IMG/VR virus record: IMGVR_UViG_3300020045_002275
Span: 1 to 46,187 of that record
Reading direction: 5' to 3' (one strand)
DNA length: 46,187 bases
Origin: a virus
Lineage: Duplodnaviria; Caudoviricetes
Both the position numbers and the translations under genes were made by a program. Of this stretch, positions 34,973-46,187 are shown piece by piece. Numbering within the stretch: position 1 is the first letter of the stretch; every line of letters begins with the position of its first letter. A model generated the notes under the pieces. It searched no databases. It was not told the DNA's origin and was given only the letters and a program-made list of their open reading frames with translations.

Positions 34973-36826
34973 TTATTTTTTATATGTTATGTTACCTTGA
35001 GCATCTGTCTTATATCCGTACATAGCTTGACCAGTTTTACTAGCCCAATTCTCCCTACCTATATCACCAACATTATTTGCTGCATTTAATATTGCTTGTC
35101 TTGCAGCGTTACGCTTGGCAGCTCTATTACGAGCATTAGCATCCATCTCTTGCATTTGTAATTGCAAGTTAGTTTGTTGTGCTGCATTTTGTGCTGCAAC
35201 ATTTTGAGCTTCTATACCAGCATTAAATTGAGTTGCTTGATTCTTACGACCATAATTAATGTCTTGAGCTTTCATATAAGCTTCGCCTACAGCATTTTGT
35301 TGTTGTTGATTTATACCACTTAATCCAGCCATTGCTATCGCTCTATTACCACCTGCATTATTAATCATTTGGTCTCTAGTTCCAGCATATGTAGCATTCA
35401 TTTTATTATTCATCCATTCAGTATCTATTGGCCGGTAATCCATTCTGGCAGTTACGCGTTCAGGAGCAACTCTACCATATTTAACTACTTCTGGTTTTTC
35501 AAACATATCGCTAATACCCATTGCCATATTGGCAGCAACTGGTGCGTATCTTGAAAAGTCAGTAGATTGTATTTCTTCTTGTTGATATGGATTTCTTTCT
35601 CTAAATGCAGCATATTCTTTAAGGGCTACATTTATATCTTTTACATTTGATAACGGATTAACTTTCCAATCTACACCTTGTAATTTCATACTTCTAGCAT
35701 AAGCATTTTGGTCGATTCCAACTAGTGGGGTATTTAATTTAGTCAATGGCATTCCCTCAGCACCTATATTGGAACCTTGCAATGTTGGATTTTGATAATG
35801 AGTTTGGTCAATGAACCCACCATTAGCATATCCTTGAGCTAACATATTAGCATTTGGTTGTCCTTCCATTGGAATACCTTTTTGTGGTTGTATTTGCTCT
35901 TTTAAACCTTCTTGAGCAGCAGTTAATTTAGCTAAGTGTGCCTTGACTCCATTCTTGCTTATTGGGTCATTAGGTCTATCCTTAGCTTCTCTATTTAAAT
36001 ATTTAGAAGCATCGGCAAATGTCTTACCATTTAATCCTTTAGGTAGTTTAAAGTCTTTGGATATTTGTGGATTAACTTTAAGTCTATCAGAAAATATGTA
36101 ATCTTCATGTTTAGTTTCACCCTCTTCAACTAGATTGGGTTGACCGTTAGCTCCAGTACCCTGTAAGATTCCTCCGTTTGGGTTGCTTTGATGTGAACCC
36201 CCCGATTCAAAGGAAGTTAATTGCGATGGCATCTGTCCACCATAAGCATAAGCGTTTAAATCTCCACCGAATGCGTTAAAATTTTCCATTGATTGTCGTA
36301 AGTCTTGTTGATTAAATTGTCTATTCTTAGCTTGTAAGTTATTGGTTCATTGTCGCTCGGCTTGCTCAGCTTTATTTTGCTTAGCTTCGTTGCCAAAAAT
36401 ACCTGTAGCTATTGGCACCAACCCAGCTAATGCGCCTCATGGTCCAGCCACTTGCATGCCAGCCATAGCTGCACTGGCAGCATCTCCAGCAATAGCTCCA
36501 AATCCTTTCTGCTGAGTATCCACATTTACATTGGTATTTAATATATCACTACGAGTCATGTCTTGAGTACCAACAACTTCTTTGCCAATACCTGAAGTAT
36601 CGAAGTCTTTAATAGTACTATTAGCTAACCCCATAATTCCAGGAGCAGCTCCTAAAGCCCCAGATAATCCAGCACCTACATTGCCAGCCGCAAATTGTCC
36701 AGCAGCAGATGATTTGAAGTCCGTGGGTAATCCACCTAGTTTATATAGATTTCCACCTTTTGCAAATATAGCTGATTGATTATATTCTCGTGGAACTACA
36801 AACTTATTTAATTTCTTTTTTGCCAT
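34973..36826 (-). CDS. virion cargo / ejection protein, 617 aa in code 4
   Basis: TGA at 36437 (AGP[W]GA) and 36347. Orthologue of 17085-18818. Confidence 0.8.
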
Positions 36827-36884
36827 AATTAAGCATTTATATTGTTGTTTTAATTGATTTCTACATTAATTTTTAAAATTCTTG

Positions 36885-36916
36885 CAAAGTTACAAATAGT
36901 TTTTTGATTATACAAT
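36885..36916 (-). promoter_or_regulatory. Bacteroidota-type promoter
   Basis: On the minus strand: ATTG, 20-nt spacer, TAACTTTG. Confidence 0.75.
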
Positions 36917-36935
36917 AGTAAATACCATTTATAAC

Positions 36936-36977
36936 AAAAAAAGCAACCTATACATAAATAAATATATATAGGTTGCT
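36936..36977 (-). terminator. intrinsic terminator
   Basis: On the minus strand: AGCAACCTATATATA...TATGTATAGGTTGCT followed by a T run, just after the muzzle stop. Confidence 0.85.
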
Positions 36978-36982
36978 CTACT

Positions 36983-39900
36983 TTAAATTGTATATGTTAC
37001 AGTCAAATCCTGCATATCAAATTTTTTATTAATATTGATGTCTGTTTTATTATGAGATAATTTTAATTTAGCTCATGTTGAACGTATTCTATTTAAAGAA
37101 TTTCTAGTATCAATCATAACTAGTCCAGTACTATTATCAAGCGTTTTTGATTGCCTTGGTAGTTGAACCCTATTTACATTAAACTTTCGTTTAAGAGAAT
37201 TCAAATACTGTCTATCATTTAGTTCTCCATACTGATACCAGTTTGCTATCTCAAGACTATTCCAATCTATGAACTGATCGTTTAATCTATATTCAAGCGT
37301 ATTAAATACCTTATCTGATAGTGGCTCTGGATTAACTAAATACTCAACACTAAATGGTTTTTGAACTCCATAAAACATATTGTAATCACCCTTGTTGTGT
37401 AATCATACAATGGACTTATTTACATCTGACTCATCCTCTGCTTCTGAATATCCTATTGATATAAAGCTATCTCAGACGTTTTTCATTTGTGGAACATTTA
37501 TGTAATCAAAGAATGACACAAATGATCCGAGTGTTTCAGAATAATTTAAACAATCAGTATCATCATGAATATATAAATCATTATTTACTCTATCATAAGA
37601 TAAATTAAAATCTCTTCCGACTGCGTTTTCATTAAACCAGGATTTAAATCCAAGTGATAATCCAAGATCTTTAATGCCATCTCCAATAGATATTAAGGAT
37701 TTATTTATATAATCTACGAAATAAATGCCCTGCTTTCCTTCGATTATAGACCACTTATTGGATGCTCCATATTGATTTGATAAATATCTATACTCAGGAA
37801 CTTTATATCCATTTGTAAGCTCCACCGAGACGCCATCAGAGGCTTGCTGTTGAACTCTTTCATTAAATAATAATCTAGCTACTCCCTTTGGTTGAAATGC
37901 GTATAAATCGTTATTAAATATGTTCAATGAAGATACTTCTCCATAAGTTCCATCCAGGTCTATTGAATTAAGCATATTTAAATTAGTCCAAGAATCGTTT
38001 ATAGAGTCAGACACTTTAGTCGATGTTCAAACTATAGTGTTTTTATAGTTGGTCGTGTTAAACAACTCTGGATCTAATATATTATAATTGAAGTAATTAT
38101 TTTTTTGAGAATATATGTTATTAAGTAGACCATAATTTGATTGAGTCATTAAAGAGCTATCGGTGTTATATCTATTAACGTCAGATCTTCCATCTAAATT
38201 TACAAAAGATTCGCATATAAACGATATAACTTCATTGTGTTGCGGTATTTGATTTATATCATTTGGGAATACTCTAAGTAAATCAAATCTCTGAATGTAA
38301 GTATCTCCATCTGTAAAATCAATAACAACTCCAGGTGTTAGCTTCTTGGCTGGTCCACATGGTATTCAATTGTTACTAAATAATGCATCATCGGTATTTC
38401 CACCATATTTAGAATAGTTTGGATTTGCTGGATCTGAAATGACATCAGAATACATATCAAATATTGGTAATGAGTTGTATGATCTATAGTTGTTTCCAAC
38501 ACTATTTAACGGTATTACATCGCACGAATACTTATCAGTTGAAGTTCTATAATATGGTTTATCAAATAATTCTGGACTTACATATCCATCATAATAATCA
38601 ATCGTATTTTCAAGCCTTGGCATTGTAGAGAAATATCCACCATTTTTTTTGAATGAAAATATAGCATGACTTGCCGTGTTATACTTCATTGATAATCCAT
38701 AGTTTGCAAAATCAGTATAATTAACGCTGCCAACTACAGATTTTAAATTCTTATAACTACCACCAGGATATGATTTATCTACATTTTTTGAATATAAAAT
38801 AGACCCACTACTATCTTCTTGATTTGTAGAATAGAATATACTTAAATCATTTATAAGTACATTCGGACTATTTATGTTTAATTCATATCTATATGAATTA
38901 TCGGATAAATTACTATTTATTCCGAAATAAACATTAGATGATCTCAATAGCTTGGTAAACTGAATATCCTTATCGCTATCATCGTAGTGCTCTGGGGTTC
39001 ACATAGGGAAGTTGAGTTTTGATTGAGCACCATTTATAGTTGCAGTTGATAGGATGCCTTTTTTGTAATCCCAACCATCTGTAAGCGTAGAATTATCATA
39101 GTTCTCTAATACTGTAGTTGTATTTTTAATATCTAATTCAACTCCGCTATCAATTGAAAAATTAAAATTTAATCCTGTTGGAAATGAAAATCCATATAGT
39201 CCAACCTTTTTAACCGAATTAATATATGAATTTATCGAGTCATAATTGTGAGTTATTTCAGGACTTCAGAAATTAACTGTGTTTTTATCAATAAACAAAA
39301 GATCTCTATCGAAATTACCATTTAATGCACCACCAGAAACATTTGATGGATCAGGTGAGTATATGTCATGAAATTCAACAGCATCATAATTTGCCATATT
39401 CTCTATGTGTATATTCGGAGCGTCAGGAGATTGTCTATTAAAATTATTATTTATTTTTAATAGATCAAAATGACAATACCTACCGTTATAACTAACCGCT
39501 GGATATGTTTGCTTTGTTTCCGTCTCGGTCCTAAATAGATAGTCTGGATATGAGAAATATGAAGTTCTTACATTGCCGGAGAGTCTATTTTTCATTGTAG
39601 CCAATGTATTGCTCAATATACCCTGAGCTATAATAGTTCTATCTGAGTTTTTCAGTGGAACCATTACTGGCCTAACTTTTACAAACTTAGAGTTTAAATT
39701 GTTTAATTGATTGTATAACGAACTATTTACTGTATATACGCCTTTTATTTTATTTATTAATACGTAGTTTAAATCTTCAGAATATCTAATTGAATACCTT
39801 TTATCAACAGTCTTATCAATACCAAGTCATATTGGTGTTGATCATTTGCCATTTGAATATTGGCCCTGTATACCAAGCCTGTATGTTTCATCAAACTTAA

Positions 39901-40858
39901 AATGCCTTATCTTATCACTATCGCTAAGTGATTTTGGCCTATATGGATATGATGTATCACTACTTGACTGAATACTCTCTAATACAGAATCTGCATCTTC
40001 TACCCACGAAAAATTATCACTAGAATTTGGATATATTAAATTTAAAGATGATGGAATTGCATCGTTTTTAATTAATTTTATATTTCCAAGAAATAAAGTG
40101 TTATTCTTCTGCGACATACACCGAGGAACTAATTCCTCTCCACCAATATATAGCAATAAATCAGAAGACACTATTGAACCGTAATTACCATTGTCGATGA
40201 ACATTAGACTGTTGGAAGTACCAATTTTCAAATCAATCAAACTCTTTACTTCTGGTGTTGTATCTATAGACGTTCTATGTATTGAGTATATTCTTACATA
40301 TTCAAACTTATTTTCAATTCCGTTTAATTCAATTTTAAATGTATTATTTACAATCTCATCAACCTTCCCGGCTCTATCTACTGGCGATACATAATTTATT
40401 GGTGTTATATAAAATATGTTTGACTCCGCCCCATTCTTATTGAAGTAAGTAAATGCATATTGTATAACTCCAGATTTAAATGAACCACCACCATATTGCT
40501 TTGTTATATTGACAGATTCGTTTAATTCTAACTCTTGTACAAAATCAAATCTGGATGAACCTGAGTTGTTATAAACTGACTCTGCAATATTTATTACGCG
40601 AGGTTGATTTAATCCATCTATCCAATATACTTTCTGGATTGATTCATTTTCATAAAATGGAAGGGTCTGTATTTTGTTGTTATAATTAAAATTAAGATTT
40701 CCTTCAAATAACATTGCTGTATTTGATATTTTTGAAACATCATCTGGCCTATCAATCCTATATATTCTGTCGGTTGATTCATCATGCGTAAATAATACTA
40801 AGAAATTATTAAGGACACAAGATCCAAGTGTTTTACCTCTTATTTTTATTGTTGGCAT
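36983..40858 (-). CDS. muzzle / tail stabilisation protein main body, 1291 aa in code 4
   Basis: One frame with 9 TGAs (39842, 39827, 39266, 38999, 38366, 38027, 37472, 37403, 37073). Colinear with 12826-16938. Confidence 0.85.
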
Positions 40859-40864
40859 AGTTTA

Positions 40865-41452
40865 TTAATATGGTAATGGATATTGAATTGGGCCTATGTT
40901 AAGATCGGAAAAATTCACATAATACATATCATTTCTTAAATAACTTTTTGTTAATTCAGTTATGTTTATTGAATACTGATCAATATCTACGGCAGTAGAT
41001 GTGGATCCCGCATCTAACGTAATGATATTAGAACTATGAGAACCTTCAGGTATCTCCATAACATAAGTTATATTATCAAATGGATCTTCTATTGTGATTG
41101 CTAGATCTTGTAATGCGATAGATGGATATATTGTTGCTTGATATTGTTTATCTGCTGGGTTTACGAGTCTAACAACTTGACCTTTTGCGTATTTTCTTGC
41201 AATATAAGCTGAATCTCCAAATGTTTGACCGAGACTATATTCAGATTCAACATGAAGTAGTCAAGTATCAAGTCTTATATCAAAGTCATAGTCCGACATC
41301 TTTTGCATATCATCTTCTGTAATAGCAGAAAATGTTCCAAATGCACTCTTTCCGTCAAGAACTAAATATGGGTCAGAGATTGATCCATCATTGCCAGTCC
41401 TTTTTATAGTGAGATTTAAGGTTCTCAATTTACCTGTTTTTACAAATGCCAT
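40865..41452 (-). CDS. hypothetical protein inserted between the muzzle gene parts, 195 aa in code 4
   Basis: Joined through TGA 41261. MAFVKTGKLRTLNLTIK is homologous to MAFTYSGFKKSLNLVIT. Confidence 0.7.
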
Positions 41453-41453
41453 A

Positions 41454-41912
41454 TTATATGCTTTCTATTAATGTGTCTGAGTAGCTTGAGAATTGTAATT
41501 GATAACTATATGCTAGAGGCTCTAATACATCCTGATATCCAGAAAAAGATAATGAATAATTGTATGCTAGAGGCTCTAATACATCCTGATATCCAGAAAA
41601 AGATAATGAATAATTGTATGTTGGAGGCTCTAATGTATCTTGATATCCAGAAAATTGTAATTGATAACTATATGTTGGAGGCTCAAGAACATCAGAATAT
41701 CCACCAAATAATAAATGATAACTATAAACCACATTTGAAAAGAAGCTTATTGATGTATTACCTCTTTCATTTGTAATACTTAGAAGGTCATTGCCATCTC
41801 TAGCGGTAAGTCGTATGTTCTTATTGCTCCAAGAATATTCAGGATTAAAGGATGAATATGAATCATCCTTTCTCATTCCTTTTATTTTATAGACTGATTG
41901 CTTAATTTGCAT
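41454..41912 (-). CDS. muzzle N-terminal fragment fused to five 18-aa repeats
   Basis: KGMRKDDSYSSFNPEYSWSNKNIRLTARDGNDLLSITNERG followed by the repeats. Confidence 0.75.
   Translation of the reverse strand: MQIKQSVYKIKGMRKDDSYSSFNPEYSWSNKNIRLTARDGNDLLSITNERGNTSISFFSNVVYSYHLLFGGYSDVLEPPTYSYQLQFSGYQDTLEPPTYNYSLSFSGYQDVLEPLAYNYSLSFSGYQDVLEPLAYSYQLQFSSYSDTLIESI
41457..41726 (-). repeat. 54-nt coding tandem repeat, 5 units
   Basis: Units: YSYHLLFGGYSDVLEPPT, YSYQLQFSGYQDTLEPPT, YNYSLSFSGYQDVLEPLA twice, YSYQLQFSSYSDTLIESI. TGCTAGAGGC recurs at 41511 and 41565. Confidence 0.95.
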
Positions 41913-41917
41913 GATAT

Positions 41918-42637
41918 TTAACGATTACCAAGGTTTTTGAATCGTGCCCTAAACTCATTATTGCGCGTCAGGATTGATTTGAACTGACGAGACAATGATT
42001 CCATGTCGCCGTAAGTTAAGCGTCTACTATGGGTCTCATACCGCCCCACATTTCATGCATAATCTTGTTGTGCTAATTGCAAGACCTGGCCATTAATTTT
42101 ACCAGCCCTAAATAGCATCTTCAGAAATTGAACCTCTATGTATGATTGCAATGCAAGTATAAATACCGGATCATCTGGCATTAGTGGAATTCCATAATCT
42201 TCAGATGTTTCATCAGTCTCTGTAGCTATGCACTTGTATTTCAAAAGTAAATTACCCTCTTTCTTAGATAGATATACATATCCACCTTTGATTTTATATG
42301 AAGGTTCAGTGCGTTTATCTGGAAAGTATTCGTTAGGGTTGGTATCTTGATATTCCTCGTAGTTTCCAAAATAAGTATCAGTTGCTGTCCTAGCGATCTT
42401 ATGATCAACCTGAACTGTAATCTCCTCTAAAAAATCATCCGGTAGTGTAGCTCTGTAATTTACTATTGGAATTTCTGCATTAGTAAACTTTTCATCGAAT
42501 AATTCAGGAACCCCAACGATAGTTATAAAGTCAATAAAGTAATCAATAACAGTTTCAAAATTTAACCCAATAAATATTGGATCTCTTAATATCTTATCTG
42601 CGACGACTCTTAGATTCGTCCATTTCGTTTTAGCCAT
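41918..42637 (-). CDS. tail ring / tubular protein, 239 aa in code 4
   Basis: Reading TGA 42053 as Trp gives exactly the length and C-terminus of orthologue 11153-11872. Confidence 0.85.
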
Positions 42638-43188
42638 GAGCTTTTAGGTGGTTTTAAATATGTATCATAATTACCAGCATGTATAGCTAGTTTTAATTTT
42701 TGCTGAAGTTGTCTATTGAATTTTATCGAATAGTATCCGTTGTACTTATACGTTCTACCGTATTGTGGATAGTTAAATCTAAAGACAAATTCATCATCGT
42801 ACCTAACAAGTGTCTTGTTTATCCTAGACTCCTCATCTTCATACCACAACCTAATAGTGCTATTCATATCAATTTTTTTTGTTGATATAAATCTACCGCT
42901 TTCGTCTATCCATGATTTAGTTTCGTATTTAACAACCTCTATCTTTCCAAATCCATCAGGTAATCTTATTGATTTATTTTCAATAAGGTAATCTGCAATA
43001 AGATTATTCATTTCCCTTATTATAGATAGATACTCCTTGTCTTTAAGCACAAATTCTTTTTCTTTTGGACGTATTTTTCTATAATAACCAAAGCCAGATA
43101 TCGTGTTCTGACTTCTAGTTATTTTATGTTTTCTATTACCATGTACATTTTGGACTTCTTTTGCGTAGTCTTCAAATGATTGCTCCAT
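42610..43188 (-). CDS. HU/IHF-like DNA-binding protein
   Basis: SIRLPDGFGKIEV motif. Orthologue of 10602-11180. Confidence 0.75.
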   Translation of the reverse strand: MEQSFEDYAKEVQNVHGNRKHKITRSQNTISGFGYYRKIRPKEKEFVLKDKEYLSIIREMNNLIADYLIENKSIRLPDGFGKIEVVKYETKSWIDESGRFISTKKIDMNSTIRLWYEDEESRINKTLVRYDDEFVFRFNYPQYGRTYKYNGYYSIKFNRQLQQKLKLAIHAGNYDTYLKPPKSSWLKRNGRI

Positions 43189-43193
43189 TAATT

Positions 43194-43961
43194 TTATTGT
43201 TTTGGTAGACTAATATCATCAGTCGCATTATTGGTTACATCCCTGTGGATTCCATTGATTGCGGCAATTTCTTTGACACACAAATCTATAATTGGCTGAA
43301 TTAACGACTCTTCACATGGAAATGTAAAGTCTAATACATCTAGTGTATCATTATCATTAAATTTATATCCATCTATTGGATTATCCAATATAGTGTAATA
43401 ATATATACATGAATCCGAAAAACCATCTGATACCAATTGATACAATATATCTTCAGATATAAGTGAATATTCTAATTCAGGTGTTGTTGTGTTTGTTTCT
43501 CCTATTAATGGAATTGAGTTATTGGAATTTATCCCAAGATTTTTAGCATACATTTTATTATCTAAGTCTATTGTTACATAAACTTGGTTTCTAATTCATT
43601 TATTATATCCAATTGTTTTAAATCTTTGTGGATTAATAAAATTCAAATTATCACTTTTCATTCCATCGTTACTAACAAATGTATATTGTCATAGATTTGT
43701 TACATCAAGTATGTTTGGAAGTTGTTTTATTGATTGATATATTTCACCATCTTTGTATGACGTATCGAAATATACATTCAATCTTTGATAGTAGGCAAAA
43801 GGTATTTCTACCTTTTTGCCTTTATATTTTTGTGTGAATAGTAACGAACGCATCTTGTTCGCAATATAGATAACATGCTCTACTTCAAGCAAAGCATCAT
43901 CACTTATTGTCTTAGTACTGTCAAGAATTGCATACACAATTTCCCTGTAGGTGTGTGCCAT
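43194..43961 (-). CDS. tail ring protein, 255 aa in code 4
   Basis: TGA at 43689 and 43596. Orthologue of 9832-10602. Confidence 0.75.
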
Positions 43962-43962
43962 T

Positions 43963-44925
43963 TTATCTTATATTATTTGTAATAGTTATTTTAGTATTTT
44001 CAGCCTTACGACGTCTTGATATATTTCCACAATCACCACATCTATATAACTGATATCTATTAGTAATGGTGGTGTATATTCCATCTTTTAATAAATGTTT
44101 ACCACCACATGTTGGACAAACATCAGTATCATCCACGTTATTATACAAAACATAATTTGGAAAGTTTTTAATCCATGGTTTTAAGCGTGAGAATGCTCTT
44201 TCAAGGCTTATGACATCCCAATCATTATATTCCGACATTCTAGCCAGGGCTATTGAATCGCCGGCCATGCAATCTTTCCACAACTTAAAGTTAGTATCAA
44301 GTTTTCTATCTAATCCAAATTGAATTAACAAATTATCGAGTTTATTTGAACTAAATGCAAAATTTTCTTTAACAACCTTCAGGGTATCTATGATGCGAAA
44401 AGGACGTGTGGGCGGTAATCCATTAAGAATGAAACGAGTATTAATTTTCTTATGGTCAAATTTAATTCCATTATGTGTAACAACACAATCGGAAATATTT
44501 AGAACGTTCCATAAATCTAACATTATTCTTGAATCATCTTCGTTTTTGGCTTCATCTGATGTGAGAACTCCATTATACATCTTATCTTCTCCTCCAAACT
44601 TTGCCGACCAACTCAATATAAACCATTCAGATATAGTTTGGTCTAGTCCAAGATTTTGATTCCATCTAGTCCACCAATAGCCTATCATGGGCGCAGTCTC
44701 AACGTCTAAGAATAAGACTTTCAATGAGTTAACTGTTGGTTGATTAAACGCTACTTCTTTTGGGTGGTATGTTGTTCCAAATTCCTTAATGTTTTTACGA
44801 ACAATAGACCGCGCTTCTCTAATAATATCTATATCTGTTTTTAACTGAAATCCAATCTTTTTTGCACCCATTAAAAGTAAATATGGTTTTTCTTTAAATA
44901 CCTCAATAACCTCTTCTTTAGTCAT
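43963..44925 (-). CDS. RNase H-like DEDD exonuclease with Zn ribbon
   Basis: FLDVET, HNGIKFD and YNDWDV motifs, plus CPTC...CGDC. All 9 Trp codons are TGG. Confidence 0.85.
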   Translation of the reverse strand: MTKEEVIEVFKEKPYLLLMGAKKIGFQLKTDIDIIREARSIVRKNIKEFGTTYHPKEVAFNQPTVNSLKVLFLDVETAPMIGYWWTRWNQNLGLDQTISEWFILSWSAKFGGEDKMYNGVLTSDEAKNEDDSRIMLDLWNVLNISDCVVTHNGIKFDHKKINTRFILNGLPPTRPFRIIDTLKVVKENFAFSSNKLDNLLIQFGLDRKLDTNFKLWKDCMAGDSIALARMSEYNDWDVISLERAFSRLKPWIKNFPNYVLYNNVDDTDVCPTCGGKHLLKDGIYTTITNRYQLYRCGDCGNISRRRKAENTKITITNNIR

Positions 44926-44961
44926 GTATTTTATTTTAAATTAATACTCATTTACAACAAA

Positions 44962-45031
44962 GCCTCAACCTATAATTTACGTTTAAATTATAAATTGAGG
45001 CAAAGGTAATATAAATAATTGGAATATCAAA
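44962..45031 (-). promoter_or_regulatory. Bacteroidota-type promoter plus conserved 18-bp stem-loop
   Basis: On the minus strand: TTTG, 19-nt spacer, TACCTTTG, overlapping GCCTCAATTTATAATTTA-AACG-TAAATTATAGGTTGAGGC. Confidence 0.8.
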
Positions 45032-45073
45032 ACTTTTTATGTATTATTTTTAGAAATATGTTACAATTAATAT

Positions 45074-46090
45074 CTATATACTTGATTTATAACCTGAAAT
45101 TAAATTAATCACCTCATTTTCATTATCAAATTTAAAACATTCCGTTCTTCCCTTGAATTTTATTTTTGGAAAATATGAATTTGATGCGAACTTTCTATGT
45201 AACACTATTTCTAAGTCGTAAATAGAACTAGCATCTCCATTAATTTCCATTAGAATAGTAGACCTATATGGTATCTTCATAATCCTAGATTTTATAGAAA
45301 CGGATGTTATTCCTATTTTATAAAATATCTCTGAATCTGATTCGCACTTTAATAAATACAAAATTCCATCAATACCATTAGTCTTACATCTATCTATAAA
45401 TTTTCCTCTGTTGAACCCTCTTTTCTCAAGAGAACATCCGTTACATCCACATCCGCGATTTAATGTATTTGAAACTGTTATTTCAAAATCTCCGTGAATT
45501 GGACATGTGACAATTGCTTTTGATTGGGAATTATCACATTTTGTTTTGGAGTAGTCGTAAAAATTTCCTAAAGATAATTTTATCCTATCTAAATATTTTG
45601 AATTTTTAGTGGTTTGTGATATTAATCTTTTAATATTTGGATTTGTAAAGCTTAAGCAAGAAGAAGATTCATTGGTTGCTATGTTTTCAATTCTTATTAA
45701 TGGTCTATTGTTTATGTATTCAATATTAACAGCACGCAAATCAGTATTAAAAAACGAGTTTTCATTCATAAATTTAAGTTTAGATTTATGCGTCATTGTT
45801 TTAACGCCACCTTTAAATCTACTTATCTCTGAAAATGGTATGATATGATTATATCCATTGCTTTCTATTTCAATTAGATTGCTATATTTTCTAACAATCC
45901 TAAATCCATATCTTTCTTCTGGTGATTGTGCATGCTTTATGTATTTTGAGTTTTTTACATTGGCAAGAATTAGGTATTTTTCTGAAATAGCGTAATCCTC
46001 GCCAATGTCTAATTTTACTTCATTACATTCTTCAATATCATTAATTGAAAAATCCAAACACATCTCTAAGTTTAATTTTGTTTTTATCAT
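45074..46090 (-). mobile_element. putative free-standing homing endonuclease (Zn-binding CPIHG repeat plus C-terminal GIY-YIG/T5orf172-like domain)
   Basis: YDYSK...VTCPIHGDF...GCNGC, LYLLKC...FYKIGIT and GRTECF motifs. Absent at the equivalent site in phage A. Confidence 0.7.
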
Positions 46091-46114
46091 TATTCGTACT
46101 TATTATAAACTTAT

Positions 46115-46145
46115 GCAAGATACGAATAAGTTTTGAATTACACAA
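46115..46145 (-). promoter_or_regulatory. variant Bacteroidota-type promoter upstream of the endonuclease
   Basis: On the minus strand: TTG, 20-nt spacer, TATCTTGC. The spacer closely resembles that of the 16994-17025 promoter, but the -7 box is imperfect. Confidence 0.45.
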
Positions 46146-46187
46146 GCTTTTTATCAAAAAGTTTAGCTTGATAATAAAATAGTTAGT

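Noticed and set aside
41457-41726. CRISPR array or DGR template/variable repeat
   Set aside because: The units are contiguous in-frame 54-nt repeats with no unique spacers. There are no cas or reverse transcriptase genes, and the differences are not clearly adenine-restricted.
2785-43961. Mass pseudogenisation (decayed prophage) as the cause of the ORF fragmentation
   Set aside because: All interruptions are TGA, I found no frameshifts, and many TGAs align with TGG in the orthologue.
2785-43961. TGA as selenocysteine or glycine, or TAG reassignment
   Set aside because: Aligned residues are Trp, not Cys or Gly. TAG occurs as a genuine terminal stop (5711, 11872, 45074).
8772-45031. Invertible phase-variable region or inverted terminal repeats
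   Set aside because: The copies are too diverged, I saw no recombinase or short perfect flanking repeats, and the central junction destroys two genes.
45074-46090. Absence of Trp in both endonucleases as an adaptation to move between genetic codes
   Set aside because: TGG would work in either code, and Trp is rare in these Lys-rich proteins, so chance is a sufficient explanation.
1-46187. Suppressor tRNA or release factor gene
   Set aside because: Intergenic gaps are short and AT-rich, with no cloverleaf or T-arm signature seen by eye, and no GGQ-type release factor ORF is present. A tRNAscan-SE/Aragorn run should confirm this.

Overview
The window is AT-rich phage DNA and looks like a three-part mosaic. 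(X) 1-~1935 (+): three small genes and the N-terminal half of a papain-like peptidase from an unrelated, standard-code virus. (A) ~1935-~24515 (+): the structural and virion-cargo module of a crAss-like phage (Crassvirales, Bacteroidota host). (B) ~24515-46187 (-): the syntenic, clearly diverged module of a second, related crAss-like phage in inverted orientation. Both junctions cut a gene at an apparent short microhomology, so an assembly or amplification chimera is the most likely origin. The fragmented ORF track is an artefact of the genetic code: A and B read TGA as Trp. I count about 57 in-frame TGAs by hand, and at 15 orthologous positions one phage has TGA where the other has TGG. All true genes end in TAA or TAG. 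The most interesting signals are: (1) a Trp-rich exonuclease gene that is TGA-free in both phages, sitting behind a host-type promoter and a conserved 18-bp hairpin, while nearly all other genes carry TGAs, which suggests code-gated expression; (2) a GIY-YIG endonuclease that has invaded the 3' end of a ring-protein gene, supplies a replacement C-terminus, and is fused through a TGA to the displaced original end; (3) a tail muzzle/stabilisation gene split in both phages by a cassette of variable repeats plus an extra gene; (4) a 707-aa carbohydrate-esterase-like gene hidden by 8 TGAs. I saw no tRNA, release factor or CRISPR array. Product calls rest on remembered motifs and crAss-like synteny, not on database searches.
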